A DNA stretch of 64,000 nt, taken from positions 1 to 64,000 of the IMG/VR virus record IMGVR_UViG_3300032038_000060. One strand, written 5' to 3'. Each line of letters opens with the position of its first letter. Within the stretch, counting starts at the first letter, position 1. Source of the stretch: a virus (taxonomy: Duplodnaviria; Caudoviricetes). Made by a program: the position numbers and the translations under genes. Below the pieces are notes generated by a model, which made no database searches, was not told the DNA's origin, and worked only from the letters and a program-made list of their open reading frames with translations. Shown piece after piece: positions 54,901 through 63,820 of this stretch.

Positions 54901-57900
54901 CCAGATGAGACGATGGCGTTGAACCATCAACGCCTGTAAGCAGGTCACTGATGTTGAACGATGAATCTATATAGTCGCCGTTCTCACCATCACTGCCATT
55001 CTCACCATCCTTACCGTCCTCTCCGACAATCTTCTGCCATGCACTCCATGAGCCACCAGTAGTGCGGGTGCGCATATACTTATCTCCTGTCTGAAAAGTG
55101 GTATGTATATCTTGGGCAGACGGGCTACTGTTGGGCGCATACTGTGCCTCTACGCTCGTTCCGTCTGTGCCCGCATAGCCTATCTGCTGGACATCGGTAT
55201 AGGTGGTTGGTGGTGCGCCATTTACCCATGTGATAATTTCATAGTTCCACAGGTATTGCCCCTGCCCTGGAGCGACAGGGCTGTTTCTCCAGCCAGTTCC
55301 ACCCTCATGCTCACGGTCTGGGGGGGTGTCGTTGCTGTCAGTCACCTTATACTTGTTTACTATAGTATCAATACCACGGCCTGCTGCGCCGTCCTTCGTC
55401 CATATAGCGAGTATCTGTGGTGTAGTGCGCTCAACAGTAACACCGCTGCTGTATTCTACCTTCTCATAATTCCACAGATATTTATTGGCTTCATTCCATC
55501 GCTCGGCAGCAGGCTTGTCAGCAAGATTAGGATCGGTACTCCAGCCTTGTGCAGACTCCTGTCCGTCAGCAGGTGCTGTTTCACTGTGCTGCGCATCGCT
55601 GCCATCAAGATTGCTTGCCTTGTAATACTCCGTAACTCTAACAATGCTCCTACCATCCTTGCCGTCTTTGCCGTCTTTGAGGGTCAGGGCACCATTGGCT
55701 ACATACGCTGCCAGTTCTACAACGTCAGTATAGGCCCCAATGTTACGCATCCTTGTGTGGCCATTTCCTTTGCCGAGGTTCTTGTATCCTATGAACAGGA
55801 ATGGATAGCGGCCTGCAGCGGTGTATGGCAAGTCGCTCATACCATAGCCTTGAAGGGCTGTGATAAGAGGATATGTGCCTGCTGTCACATCTGCCGGACG
55901 CTGCCAGCCAATAGCATCAAAGCTCACAAGACATACAAATACACTATCGTCAAGACTGTTAAGTCTCGCTATAAGGTCGGTTATGCCTGGATTCAACGCC
56001 TGCTGGCTGCCCACCGCTTCTCCGTAGGTGTCGTAATGTGCTTCTTCAACCTTTGCCAGTGTCTGCCTGTTAATAGTGACAAGGTTAAGTCCACGCTGAT
56101 ATAATGTGACAAGATTACTTCCACCGTTTACCTTTACTTCACATGGCTGAGTATCGGTCTCAGCAGAATTGATGTCACGCGCTGTACCCTTTAGGTATAT
56201 GTATTGCGCGTTCTCGCCATCCGTGCCGATGTATGATACGTTATAGTTGACAGAAGAACCAGCGCTTCCTGAGCCATCAGCCTTTTTGTAGTTTGTCGTT
56301 GCCTGACTCCACAGCCATTTGCCTGGAACAATTTGCGACTTGATATTATCGTAGTCAAACCATTGAGTAGGTCGAACGGCGTTGCTATCGCTTACAGCAT
56401 ACTTCATCACGGTAGCACCATCGACGATAATATCCTGACCAGGCTGACCGTCATTAGGGTTACGCTCTGAGGAGTATAGGTTGGTCTTGCTGTTGTCGCT
56501 CCATGTGATGATGGTCTTCGTCCAGAAATATCTGCCTGCAGTCCATAGCGGCAATACCCTGTCTTTGCTCTCGTACCATTTACTGAGGTCAGCATCTCCT
56601 GTCGGGCTGCCGTCCTGAATAGGCTGTACTGTGTCGATAGTTACAGCATAGCGATACTCTTCGCTTTGCTTTGTTATGCTTTCGCCATCCTTTGCCCACT
56701 TCGACCATAGTCCCAGTTTGCCGAAGCCACCCCATGTGCCGTTTATCCTTTGTATTACTGAGCAATAGCAGAATGGCATTTCCTCTGTCGGAGCCAATGG
56801 GTCGTCATCCCAACCGTCGCATTCCCACTCTTTTGTGGTGTCATTGAATGTTGCGCCGGACGGTTTAAGGCTGTCTCGTTCAGAATCGGTAAGTTCGTGG
56901 TTGAACAGTTTATACAGATATTGCACGCCGTCACCGTCAGCGCCCTGTACTCCCCAGTTGGTCCACAGCACAGGAGAAGAGAACGCGCCCCATTGCTGCC
57001 CAGATTCTTTGATACGGATAGAGATGTACACATATTTCTCGCTGCTCGTTGCAGGCATAGCAGTGTCGCTCCAGTCGTCGGGCACCCAGTCATTCTTTGT
57101 CTTGTCGTTACTGCTGATGCGCTGGCCCTGATGCTCAGGGTCGGGAATTGTACCCGTATTGATGCTTGCAGGGACGGTTCCGCTAAACGGATAAGTATTC
57201 AGTCTCTTATAGATATACTCCCTGTCTTCCGCATCTGCGCCAGGCTCTCCCTTAATGCCACTGATACAGACCGGGCCGCTCCATGCATCGCGTGTATTGT
57301 CACCATGACGTATGCTGCTGCACATCCACAGCAGCCACTCGCCCGTAGAAGGACGGTCAGGAACGGTGCTGCTCCAATTGCCGAGAGGAGATACTTTGTC
57401 TGCACCGCTATGGTCGGTCTCTGCAGGGGCCGGTTCGTCGCTGTCGGTGGCTGTAGGCTTTGCTGGTGTAAGGCCCTCTTTGTACCACCTGTAGCAGTTG
57501 ATAGGGGTGTCGCCTTTTGCGCCAAAACGTATATAGGTAATGGTACGGTTAGTGAGGATGATGTTATCGCCCTCTTCTTCTGGTTCTGGCTGCCATTCGC
57601 CTACTTGCAGCCATGTGTTTACCCCCTTGCCTGCAAGGAATGGGGCAGAAGGCAGAGTGCCGCTACCATTAGTTAGGTCGAGCTCTGTTGGATCATTGGT
57701 GTCATCTATCGGTTGGTAATAGACGTGCAGGTCAATAGCCTTGATCTGTTCATTGGTTGGGTAAAAGATATTGCCGTCAGCATCTTTGGCCCTGACACGT
57801 ACTGTCACGCCAGAGTCTGTGGAATACGTTTGCGTCTGCTCGTCGTATTCAATGGCTGGTACATATTCCCCCGTCTGAGGATTATACGTTACGGTTTCTG

Positions 57901-58873
57901 ATGACACCTCCAGCTCGTAACTCTCCACTGGCTCTGCCATTACAGAGAAGGTACTGGAGATGAGAGGTATGTATTGTGGCAGTTCCGAACCTTCAGTATA
58001 GTCAGGATTTTTCTCATACGCCGTAAAGGTAAAGATAGCAGAGAACATTCCGTTAAAGTCATCACCCTGGCCGCGAGTGTGAGCAAGATATAAATCCGTT
58101 TCTGTCGTCCTGATGTCTGTATGCGCTGCATTCCAAGTGTTATCTGCATCGCTGCCGGTATTGCGGGTTATCTCCCAATGGTGGAAGTGTGTAATGTCTG
58201 TTCCCGTCCAACCTTCTATAAGTTTTGCATTGACATGAAGCACCTGTTCCCAGCGCACATAGCGTACATCGGCAGTCCATTCCTCGCCGAGGATAGTGCC
58301 AAGCATATAATTCATGTCTATCCTCAGCGGCAGGGCATCGGGGTTGAGAGCCCACTCAGAGTTCCACTGGTCAGTGCCAAGGATACCGGTATCGAGGTCA
58401 ACGGCACGCTGGTTGGTACTGTCTGCAGCGCTTACTTCGCCCAGCTTCACGTACCAGTATGTGTCGTTATCCACTACTCCGGGCTCGCTGCCTGGGACGC
58501 TTGGGTTATAGCTTATGCTGAGTCCGTCTTTGGTGATGTAACTGTACTTGTCGTACCACTCGTTGTTGTATTGCTGCTTGGGAGTGAATACGATGTAGCC
58601 GTCTCTGATGTCGGTCTTAGAGAGGCGGGCATAGATGGTGTGGGGCTTTGTGCTCGCATAGCTTTCTATGCTGTCGGCAAGACGGCGGTTCCTGCCATAC
58701 AGTTGCCATACGCTATAGGTGCCGTTGGCAGTGCCTATCCCAAGACGGGGGCAATAGACCTTGATGTCTGTCACAGGTGCTATATATACTGCGAGGTCGT
58801 TATACGAGTTATTGGCATTGGGTGTAATCTCAATGCTCGATGGAGTAATGTAGTGAGTTGGTGAAGTGCGCAT
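51905..58873 (-). CDS. Large tail fibre/host-specificity protein with an ILEI/PANDER-like domain and collagen-like linkers
   Basis: 2322 aa. Repeated GxDG/DGKDG linkers, duplicated 'AQY..W..FQTGD..MRT..W...KIVGE.G' modules, and 'RGLNLVTINRQ..HYDTYG..VCLVSFDA'. Confidence 0.75.
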   Translation of the reverse strand: MRTSPTHYITPSSIEITPNANNSYNDLAVYIAPVTDIKVYCPRLGIGTANGTYSVWQLYGRNRRLADSIESYASTKPHTIYARLSKTDIRDGYIVFTPKQQYNNEWYDKYSYITKDGLSISYNPSVPGSEPGVVDNDTYWYVKLGEVSAADSTNQRAVDLDTGILGTDQWNSEWALNPDALPLRIDMNYMLGTILGEEWTADVRYVRWEQVLHVNAKLIEGWTGTDITHFHHWEITRNTGSDADNTWNAAHTDIRTTETDLYLAHTRGQGDDFNGMFSAIFTFTAYEKNPDYTEGSELPQYIPLISSTFSVMAEPVESYELEVSSETVTYNPQTGEYVPAIEYDEQTQTYSTDSGVTVRVRAKDADGNIFYPTNEQIKAIDLHVYYQPIDDTNDPTELDLTNGSGTLPSAPFLAGKGVNTWLQVGEWQPEPEEEGDNIILTNRTITYIRFGAKGDTPINCYRWYKEGLTPAKPTATDSDEPAPAETDHSGADKVSPLGNWSSTVPDRPSTGEWLLWMCSSIRHGDNTRDAWSGPVCISGIKGEPGADAEDREYIYKRLNTYPFSGTVPASINTGTIPDPEHQGQRISSNDKTKNDWVPDDWSDTAMPATSSEKYVYISIRIKESGQQWGAFSSPVLWTNWGVQGADGDGVQYLYKLFNHELTDSERDSLKPSGATFNDTTKEWECDGWDDDPLAPTEEMPFCYCSVIQRINGTWGGFGKLGLWSKWAKDGESITKQSEEYRYAVTIDTVQPIQDGSPTGDADLSKWYESKDRVLPLWTAGRYFWTKTIITWSDNSKTNLYSSERNPNDGQPGQDIIVDGATVMKYAVSDSNAVRPTQWFDYDNIKSQIVPGKWLWSQATTNYKKADGSGSAGSSVNYNVSYIGTDGENAQYIYLKGTARDINSAETDTQPCEVKVNGGSNLVTLYQRGLNLVTINRQTLAKVEEAHYDTYGEAVGSQQALNPGITDLIARLNSLDDSVFVCLVSFDAIGWQRPADVTAGTYPLITALQGYGMSDLPYTAAGRYPFLFIGYKNLGKGNGHTRMRNIGAYTDVVELAAYVANGALTLKDGKDGKDGRSIVRVTEYYKASNLDGSDAQHSETAPADGQESAQGWSTDPNLADKPAAERWNEANKYLWNYEKVEYSSGVTVERTTPQILAIWTKDGAAGRGIDTIVNKYKVTDSNDTPPDREHEGGTGWRNSPVAPGQGQYLWNYEIITWVNGAPPTTYTDVQQIGYAGTDGTSVEAQYAPNSSPSAQDIHTTFQTGDKYMRTRTTGGSWSAWQKIVGEDGKDGENGSDGENGDYIDSSFNISDLLTGVDGSTPSSHLGYQQWQDGPVPTTNAMPYLWCKQVKHSFTGGSETVGTPKYFRMTGEDGKDGTSPVFADIDNEMDSVACDKEGFVVSEQDVETHVSMFRGNTLMTGLSITSIVREDTEETFTADYYGGSTWAECRDMSSLKIKVSYENNRATIIFRFLNDEGESVNNVEHFTINASAGGESKQLTFTVNGVRPGADGTNAVLYSLNPSASEIVKKKNGGTEPNSNITCSVIKTDGNSRTAVTTGFVLKTYVDGVLRMNGPVNPADVNTGIVYELYVPNTSGVLVDKETIPVVTDGTDGTSIIAQYSADGSNWHSPFQTGDVWMRTSEDGTTWGAAMKIVGENGSETDYSFGISQYKTTTNAETAPSDITTWSDSPIEVTTAKPYLWSKVVKKDGSGTASSTSYIRLTGEKGMDAIRGYADYLYSKDDQGNNRPAASASLLGKIDLLSYNSSSQYRIAVCETDGSSGYVWKGYGENDYPDGTMFVCRLDNHLYRATANGWQDEGRFKGDNAVVYKIEFTDSTFAYNPNTARNIVDIRGIVYKADGGNTTVFTGLTMEMLELYFVLENGNRERIDPNPDIITINNGAFSTNNRNGRAWNGEKTFLAILKIDGKQVADANIPKGVYGTDGAPGSRGKRGRSYYYAQPWENDSFAYLVNDSVAPYFEYLGEYYVYNPVGDVNDSISMHDMGTPSTSNPNWEQMQSKFKYLITEAIFGKFANFGAFIINDPWLFSKSGQWKGESADVDSTINYDLCYWEGLTGYADKINNAPILTFINDNPSISGESLIDDETLRTQPIYFPYGEDSEDFPPITLPANTILTITARCKDCAKVNLCKVIAPDDVDYPVELTTIFSPDTQGYQRASCQFAVRDEGEYRIRFDKSNDANSCYVAWFKLNTCYFLPNFAVNGDNGKTALNNAYGDFNGDIRGDFCYFESGTIQSANIGRKIHIGDAYGGSGTWFDFSKDTFDIHKNSYVRMVKHNGSQLVPMGYIYVDSDNIVKFRESRTMFGYYKQ

Positions 58874-58936
58874 GCTTCTGAAGTTAAGAATTAAGAGTGA
58901 AGAGTGAAGAATTATATTCTCCTATAAACTTAACCC

Positions 58937-59011
58937 CAAAATACGTTCGCGTCTCTTTAAAATCAAGGGCAACTACTGCCCTTGCAAACGCGAGGTGCGC
59001 ACACTATTTTG
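58937..59011. promoter_or_regulatory. Back-to-back pair of late-promoter motifs
   Basis: Leftward: caaaata 58937-58943 and caagggca 58964-58971. Rightward: TGCCCTTG 58977-58984 and TATTTTG 59005-59011. Confidence 0.8.
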
Positions 59012-59026
59012 CAGAATAAAAAACTT

Positions 59027-61618
59027 ATGGAAAATAATCTTGCTCTCGAAATATTTGACCTCGAAGGCACAGGCAGTCAGTTCGCCACTCTTGACGAGGG
59101 CGCAAGCATCAGCATCACCGACACCAGCGAGATATTCGCCAGCGGTGACGTATGGAGCTTCTCGTTTACGCTGAATGTCTTTGCCAATGCCCACATCTTC
59201 GGCACTACGGGAGATATACACGGAGGCCGTCTGCATGAGCAGATCGATCACCGCCGCGCCCGTCTGTGGGTAAAGGGTCTGCCAATATATCTGGGCTACC
59301 TGAAACTCGGTGACGAGGTGGACGTGAAGGAGAACGGTGATGTGTCTGTCAGTCTGGAGAGCGGCCACAAGACTTTCGACGATATGATTGAGGGCATGAG
59401 TGCTCAGGATGTCAGCGTAGGCGACGTGGTGATAGGCATTGCGCTGAACCGTAAGAGGACAATAAGTGCCCAAGCATCAGGTAAGATAACTTTTAGATCA
59501 ATGTCTGTCAAAACAGATAACAAGCATATTGTCGAAGAAGGATGGGCTGATTTTTCGGGTAGCATAGATTCAAGTTCTTATACTGCACGGTGGCCGAAAC
59601 TGGTATTGTCAAAGGGCGTTGTTACAGATTCATCAGGTATGAGAGTTGAAATAAACCGCACCAACGTGGATCATCCTTACGATGCTGCCTACCCGTGCTG
59701 TAACATCAATGTGTGTTATCAGAAAAAGGTTCTTAATGCAGATAAACAAGAAGAAAAAGTACGCGGTTATTATCTCCGTCTTGGAAGCGGATTAAACACA
59801 ACGAATGGCGGCGACGTGGAGACACGCTATAATAATGCTCCTAACTTTTTCCTCCTTTACTGGCTTGACCGCCTATTCTTGGACAAAGGTATTCACGTAG
59901 AGGAAAACCAGATGATGAATGTTGAAGGTCTGCGACGCGTGTTCCTTGCCAACCTCGGTTGCTTCTATGAAGAAATGGATACCGACAACGACAAGGACGA
60001 ACTTGCACCTGGTACTCCTGAACGTGAACACTATGGAATGTATTCTTTTCCCAATAATTTTCTTATAAATGATGGTGAAATTTTTCCATACGATAGTGAC
60101 GGTGGCTTAGTACGATTGGATGAAATAAAAATGAATGGCCAGAGAACGCAAGAGGTATATGCCGAAGTTTCCATAGGGGATGTTTCTTATACATACAAAT
60201 CACCTTTAACCGGTTACAAGGCTTATGCTACAGGAGAGAACTATCCCAAGGTTGATGCCTCGGAGATAATCAAGTCTGTAGAAGCGGCTTTTGGCGTGAG
60301 GTTTCTGTTCGACAAAGACTATACAAAAGTGCGCATAATTCTTTTGCGTAATATCTTTCAAAACAAAGAGGTGCAGAACATAGAGTGCGAGGTGATAGAA
60401 GAGCAGAAAACGGAAAACAAGATAAGAGGTTTCGTGATGACATACGGCGGCAGCGATGATGACACCACCTATAACTACAGTGACTGGAGTCGTCTCGACA
60501 CCTCCAAGACCTATCAGCAAATAAAGGATAGGTGTGTAACATCGTTTAACAAGACGTGTTACCTCACTCCTAACAATGGCAACGCCTACCGCATAAAGAT
60601 TGACGAAGATGAAGCCGTTCTGTATCCAGTACTGATGGAAGTCGCAGGCTTTGCAGATGCTAAAGACGGTAACTGCGACGGAGAGGACGATACCATACAG
60701 ACCGTCACCATACCCGCCAAACCACTTATCATGAACGACGTTGATGGCACATACGCAGTATTATTCAGCGGCGATATGAAAGTACCAGGTGAAGAAGTTC
60801 CTATAGCATGTCATACTTCAACAACAAGGTTTACTGTAAATTCTGGGATAGCCGTCTGGACTTATGCCGCTGGCAGGCAAGAAACAGAAAACAAATTGGA
60901 TGAACTTTATAATATGCTACATAATGCTTGGAGTGAACAGGTTGAAAAATATGCCAAATCAGAAATAGATAAACTCGAATTAACCATAAATCAAGAGTTT
61001 TATCGTATTGAAGCGAGCGGAGAAGTGTTTCTCAAAGAAGGCTACAAAGCCTCTCTTCAGGACAATTATAGTTTTGAGGGCAATGACGGTACTCCTTTTG
61101 ACAAAGCGGAGATAGGACTACAATTTGGCGTAATGCGTAGCAGCGGATTTGATTCCTTTATATACTACAATAATGACAACGAAGAAAATGAGGGTAATGA
61201 CTATTGGGAGACTGTGCCCGGAAATAGTGTTGTTGACCATCCTGACACCTGTGACAACTACGGCAACAGTTGGGGTGTCAATCTCTCTCTAAAACTACGT
61301 GCGGAGAAGCAAAACCCGGACTTCGACCCAAAGAAGCCGGAGAGTGCAAGCAATCCGCGCTTCGTAGCGGACATCACCAACCCGAATCTGCGGCGCAGGG
61401 GACTGATGGATCAGTTCTATAAGGAATACTCTTACTGGATTCGTAATGCCCGCATCGTTACCAAGAAGGTGAACATGACGCTGGCGCAGCTGCTCTCCAT
61501 CGACAAGACCAAGCGCATACGCATCGGCGATGTGACGGGCTATGTCCGCAAGATACAATACACAGTCAGCAAAAAGACGGGCCTCGGACCCGTCACGCTG
61601 GAGATAATGTATATTTGA
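59027..61618 (+). CDS. Tail/baseplate hub-like structural protein
   Basis: Start MENNLA after the promoter, 863 aa. The N-terminal 'SISITDTSEIFASGDVWSFSFTL' is typical of siphovirus tail-tip proteins. Confidence 0.55.
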   Translation: MENNLALEIFDLEGTGSQFATLDEGASISITDTSEIFASGDVWSFSFTLNVFANAHIFGTTGDIHGGRLHEQIDHRRARLWVKGLPIYLGYLKLGDEVDVKENGDVSVSLESGHKTFDDMIEGMSAQDVSVGDVVIGIALNRKRTISAQASGKITFRSMSVKTDNKHIVEEGWADFSGSIDSSSYTARWPKLVLSKGVVTDSSGMRVEINRTNVDHPYDAAYPCCNINVCYQKKVLNADKQEEKVRGYYLRLGSGLNTTNGGDVETRYNNAPNFFLLYWLDRLFLDKGIHVEENQMMNVEGLRRVFLANLGCFYEEMDTDNDKDELAPGTPEREHYGMYSFPNNFLINDGEIFPYDSDGGLVRLDEIKMNGQRTQEVYAEVSIGDVSYTYKSPLTGYKAYATGENYPKVDASEIIKSVEAAFGVRFLFDKDYTKVRIILLRNIFQNKEVQNIECEVIEEQKTENKIRGFVMTYGGSDDDTTYNYSDWSRLDTSKTYQQIKDRCVTSFNKTCYLTPNNGNAYRIKIDEDEAVLYPVLMEVAGFADAKDGNCDGEDDTIQTVTIPAKPLIMNDVDGTYAVLFSGDMKVPGEEVPIACHTSTTRFTVNSGIAVWTYAAGRQETENKLDELYNMLHNAWSEQVEKYAKSEIDKLELTINQEFYRIEASGEVFLKEGYKASLQDNYSFEGNDGTPFDKAEIGLQFGVMRSSGFDSFIYYNNDNEENEGNDYWETVPGNSVVDHPDTCDNYGNSWGVNLSLKLRAEKQNPDFDPKKPESASNPRFVADITNPNLRRRGLMDQFYKEYSYWIRNARIVTKKVNMTLAQLLSIDKTKRIRIGDVTGYVRKIQYTVSKKTGLGPVTLEIMYI

Positions 61619-61768
61619 TGGATGAAAGGGGAATGGTGATATGGAGGAAGGAAGAAGGACGAAGGAATAAGGTTTATTTGTGGGGATGTTGGTATTAAAC
61701 TTTCACCCTTCATCCATAAACCTTTTACCCCAAAACAATATTTAATTTTCAATGTTCAATGATTTAAG

Positions 61769-62971
61769 ATGGCAAACGTAGTAACAGTTTCGGGAATGTT
61801 CGGCAAGGGTCACACCTATTTCGCCGACGCACCGGTAGTGATAGATATCAGTGGACTGTACTGGGGCGACCCTGTCAGTAGTCCGTTTACGGTAGTCCGC
61901 GTAGAGGTGGTATGGCTGAAGGACACAGGCGGTCAGGAGCCAGAGAAGATAACGGTGGGTGACTTCCGTGCCGACACGGGCGGACAGACCTCCATCAGCT
62001 TCGACATATCGTCGGCGCTGCATACCATCTGGAGCGGATATGACTTCAGCAAGGAGGTGGCTGCAGCACAGGAGGCGGCAGACGCAAACGACTATGCCGG
62101 ACACGTGGCAACAGAGGGAGGCGACATCGGCAGCGAGGGTTACAGAAAGTACCGTGCCTATATCCTGCGTATATGGACAGAATACCTGGCAAGCGACGGG
62201 AATTTCGTACAGACGCAGTGTGAGGACTCTCTCGGTAATACCGACATCCCCGGAGGTCAGTGTTTGATAGGCGGACTGACAGAGTGGGAGAGGAGTATGG
62301 TTATAGAGGCTAAGCATGACAAGAAGTATGCCGACGCCTCTTATTGGGAACACAAAGGCCCTCGTAACGGTGATGCCAGCACCAAGCCGACAAGCTCTCC
62401 GGAACGGGTGGGGAGCAACAGCATAACGTCATGGGCTGACGTAGCAAAAGAGGGTACAAAGAGCATCTTCTATCCGGCTGGAGTATTCCCTGCCCCAGAC
62501 GATCCGGAAAACAGTCTGAACCCTCGCTACTACAAGGGTCATGCGCCACTCGTGCTGCGCGACAGCCAGCCGTATATAGACTTCCTGTTCGTCAACCGAC
62601 GTGGAGCAGTAGAGACATGTAGCGCACTGATGAAGGAGGCATTGAGCATTACTGCCGAGACAACAGAGTATTCCCGTGTGGAGCGGCCTACGTTCAAGCC
62701 GTCACGCTCGCTGATGACAATATCGGCAGGCGGCAGGAGGAGTTGGAGTATGTCATCAGGCAAGCAGACACGCGAATGGTTGGAGTGGTGGACAATAGAG
62801 TTTCTGCCTGCTCGTCAGAAGTGGATGCTCTACAGGGGCCCGGGCGCTGACAAGGCTATGTTCGTACCTGTAACGGTTACGCCTGCAAAAAAAAGTGTCA
62901 GCATCTATGACCGGAGCAAACAGCAATTAGAGAGTGTAGAGTTCACCGTCACCCTTGGACTGGAAGGATGA
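61769..62971 (+). CDS. Tail structural protein
   Basis: 400 aa, 'DFLFVNRRGAVET' motif of Bacteroidales phage tail proteins. Confidence 0.5.
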   Translation: MANVVTVSGMFGKGHTYFADAPVVIDISGLYWGDPVSSPFTVVRVEVVWLKDTGGQEPEKITVGDFRADTGGQTSISFDISSALHTIWSGYDFSKEVAAAQEAADANDYAGHVATEGGDIGSEGYRKYRAYILRIWTEYLASDGNFVQTQCEDSLGNTDIPGGQCLIGGLTEWERSMVIEAKHDKKYADASYWEHKGPRNGDASTKPTSSPERVGSNSITSWADVAKEGTKSIFYPAGVFPAPDDPENSLNPRYYKGHAPLVLRDSQPYIDFLFVNRRGAVETCSALMKEALSITAETTEYSRVERPTFKPSRSLMTISAGGRRSWSMSSGKQTREWLEWWTIEFLPARQKWMLYRGPGADKAMFVPVTVTPAKKSVSIYDRSKQQLESVEFTVTLGLEG

Positions 62972-63019
62972 AACGATTTTTAATTCATAATTCACAATTC
63001 ATAATTCATAATTATCTTT

Positions 63020-63054
63020 TGCCCTTGAAGTTGGAAAGATGAAACACTATATTG
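63020..63054 (+). promoter_or_regulatory. Phage late-promoter motif TGCCCTTG-N20-TATATTG
   Basis: Boxes at 63020-63027 and 63048-63054, upstream of the holin. Confidence 0.75.
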
Positions 63055-63075
63055 CAGGCAAACAAGATAGAAACG

Positions 63076-63645
63076 ATGGTTATAAAACTCTTGGCGGCTA
63101 TTGCCGCATCATACAATGAATTTATGCAAGCGATGGCAGGCGTGACATGGACAGAGTGGATATGCCTTACCTTAGGAGGTCTCCTCGGATGGGTGATAGG
63201 CGAGTTTGCCCCCGCATTCCCGCTGCTGGCAGTAGCATTCCTCTTTGTGTTATACGATGCTTGGTCAGCTTTCGAGTTAGACAAGCGAGTACATAAGGTC
63301 TATCCCGACAAGGTAAAGCGCGAGCAGGCGAAGTTCGTCAGTTATAAATTCAGGTCCGTCATACCTACGCTCATCGAGCGCATGATAATCATCATCCTGG
63401 CATTCTGCTGCGAGCGTTGGGTCTTCGTACACGTCAGCGTACCATTCAGCTATATTGCAGCTGCCGTAGTCTGCGCGGAGCAGGCACTGAGCATTGCAGA
63501 GAACAAGGCATCATGCCGTCTGCCGGGCGACAAGCACGCAAGGCTGTGGAAGATGCTGGCGAAGGTGCTGATAGACAAGACGGAGAGGCACTTCGACATA
63601 GACCTCGGCCCTGAAGTCCATAAAGAAGAATTTAAAGAGCAGTAA
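63076..63645 (+). CDS. Holin (phage holin family 4-like)
   Basis: Start MVIKLL after the promoter. Several TM segments, 'FVLYDAWSAF', 'SYKFRSVI' and 'EQALSIAEN'. Confidence 0.75.
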   Translation: MVIKLLAAIAASYNEFMQAMAGVTWTEWICLTLGGLLGWVIGEFAPAFPLLAVAFLFVLYDAWSAFELDKRVHKVYPDKVKREQAKFVSYKFRSVIPTLIERMIIIILAFCCERWVFVHVSVPFSYIAAAVVCAEQALSIAENKASCRLPGDKHARLWKMLAKVLIDKTERHFDIDLGPEVHKEEFKEQ

Positions 63646-63820
63646 AGATTTTACAGCAGTTAGTTTTTTTCATACATGTTTTTGAAGGTTTTAGCCTTTT
63701 AAAGGTATTTAGGTTAGTTTTTTGGTTAGATTAGAAACGAAGAAGACCGCAGTCCGTGAGGATAGCGGTCTTTGCTTTAAGGCTCATGTGCCAGCCTACC
63801 TGAGACATGGAGCCTGAAAC

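Noticed and set aside
51905-58873. Second DGR target in the large tail protein or elsewhere
   Set aside because: No second VR-like copy of the TR was found by eye in the window. A BLASTn of the TR on the full genome would settle it.
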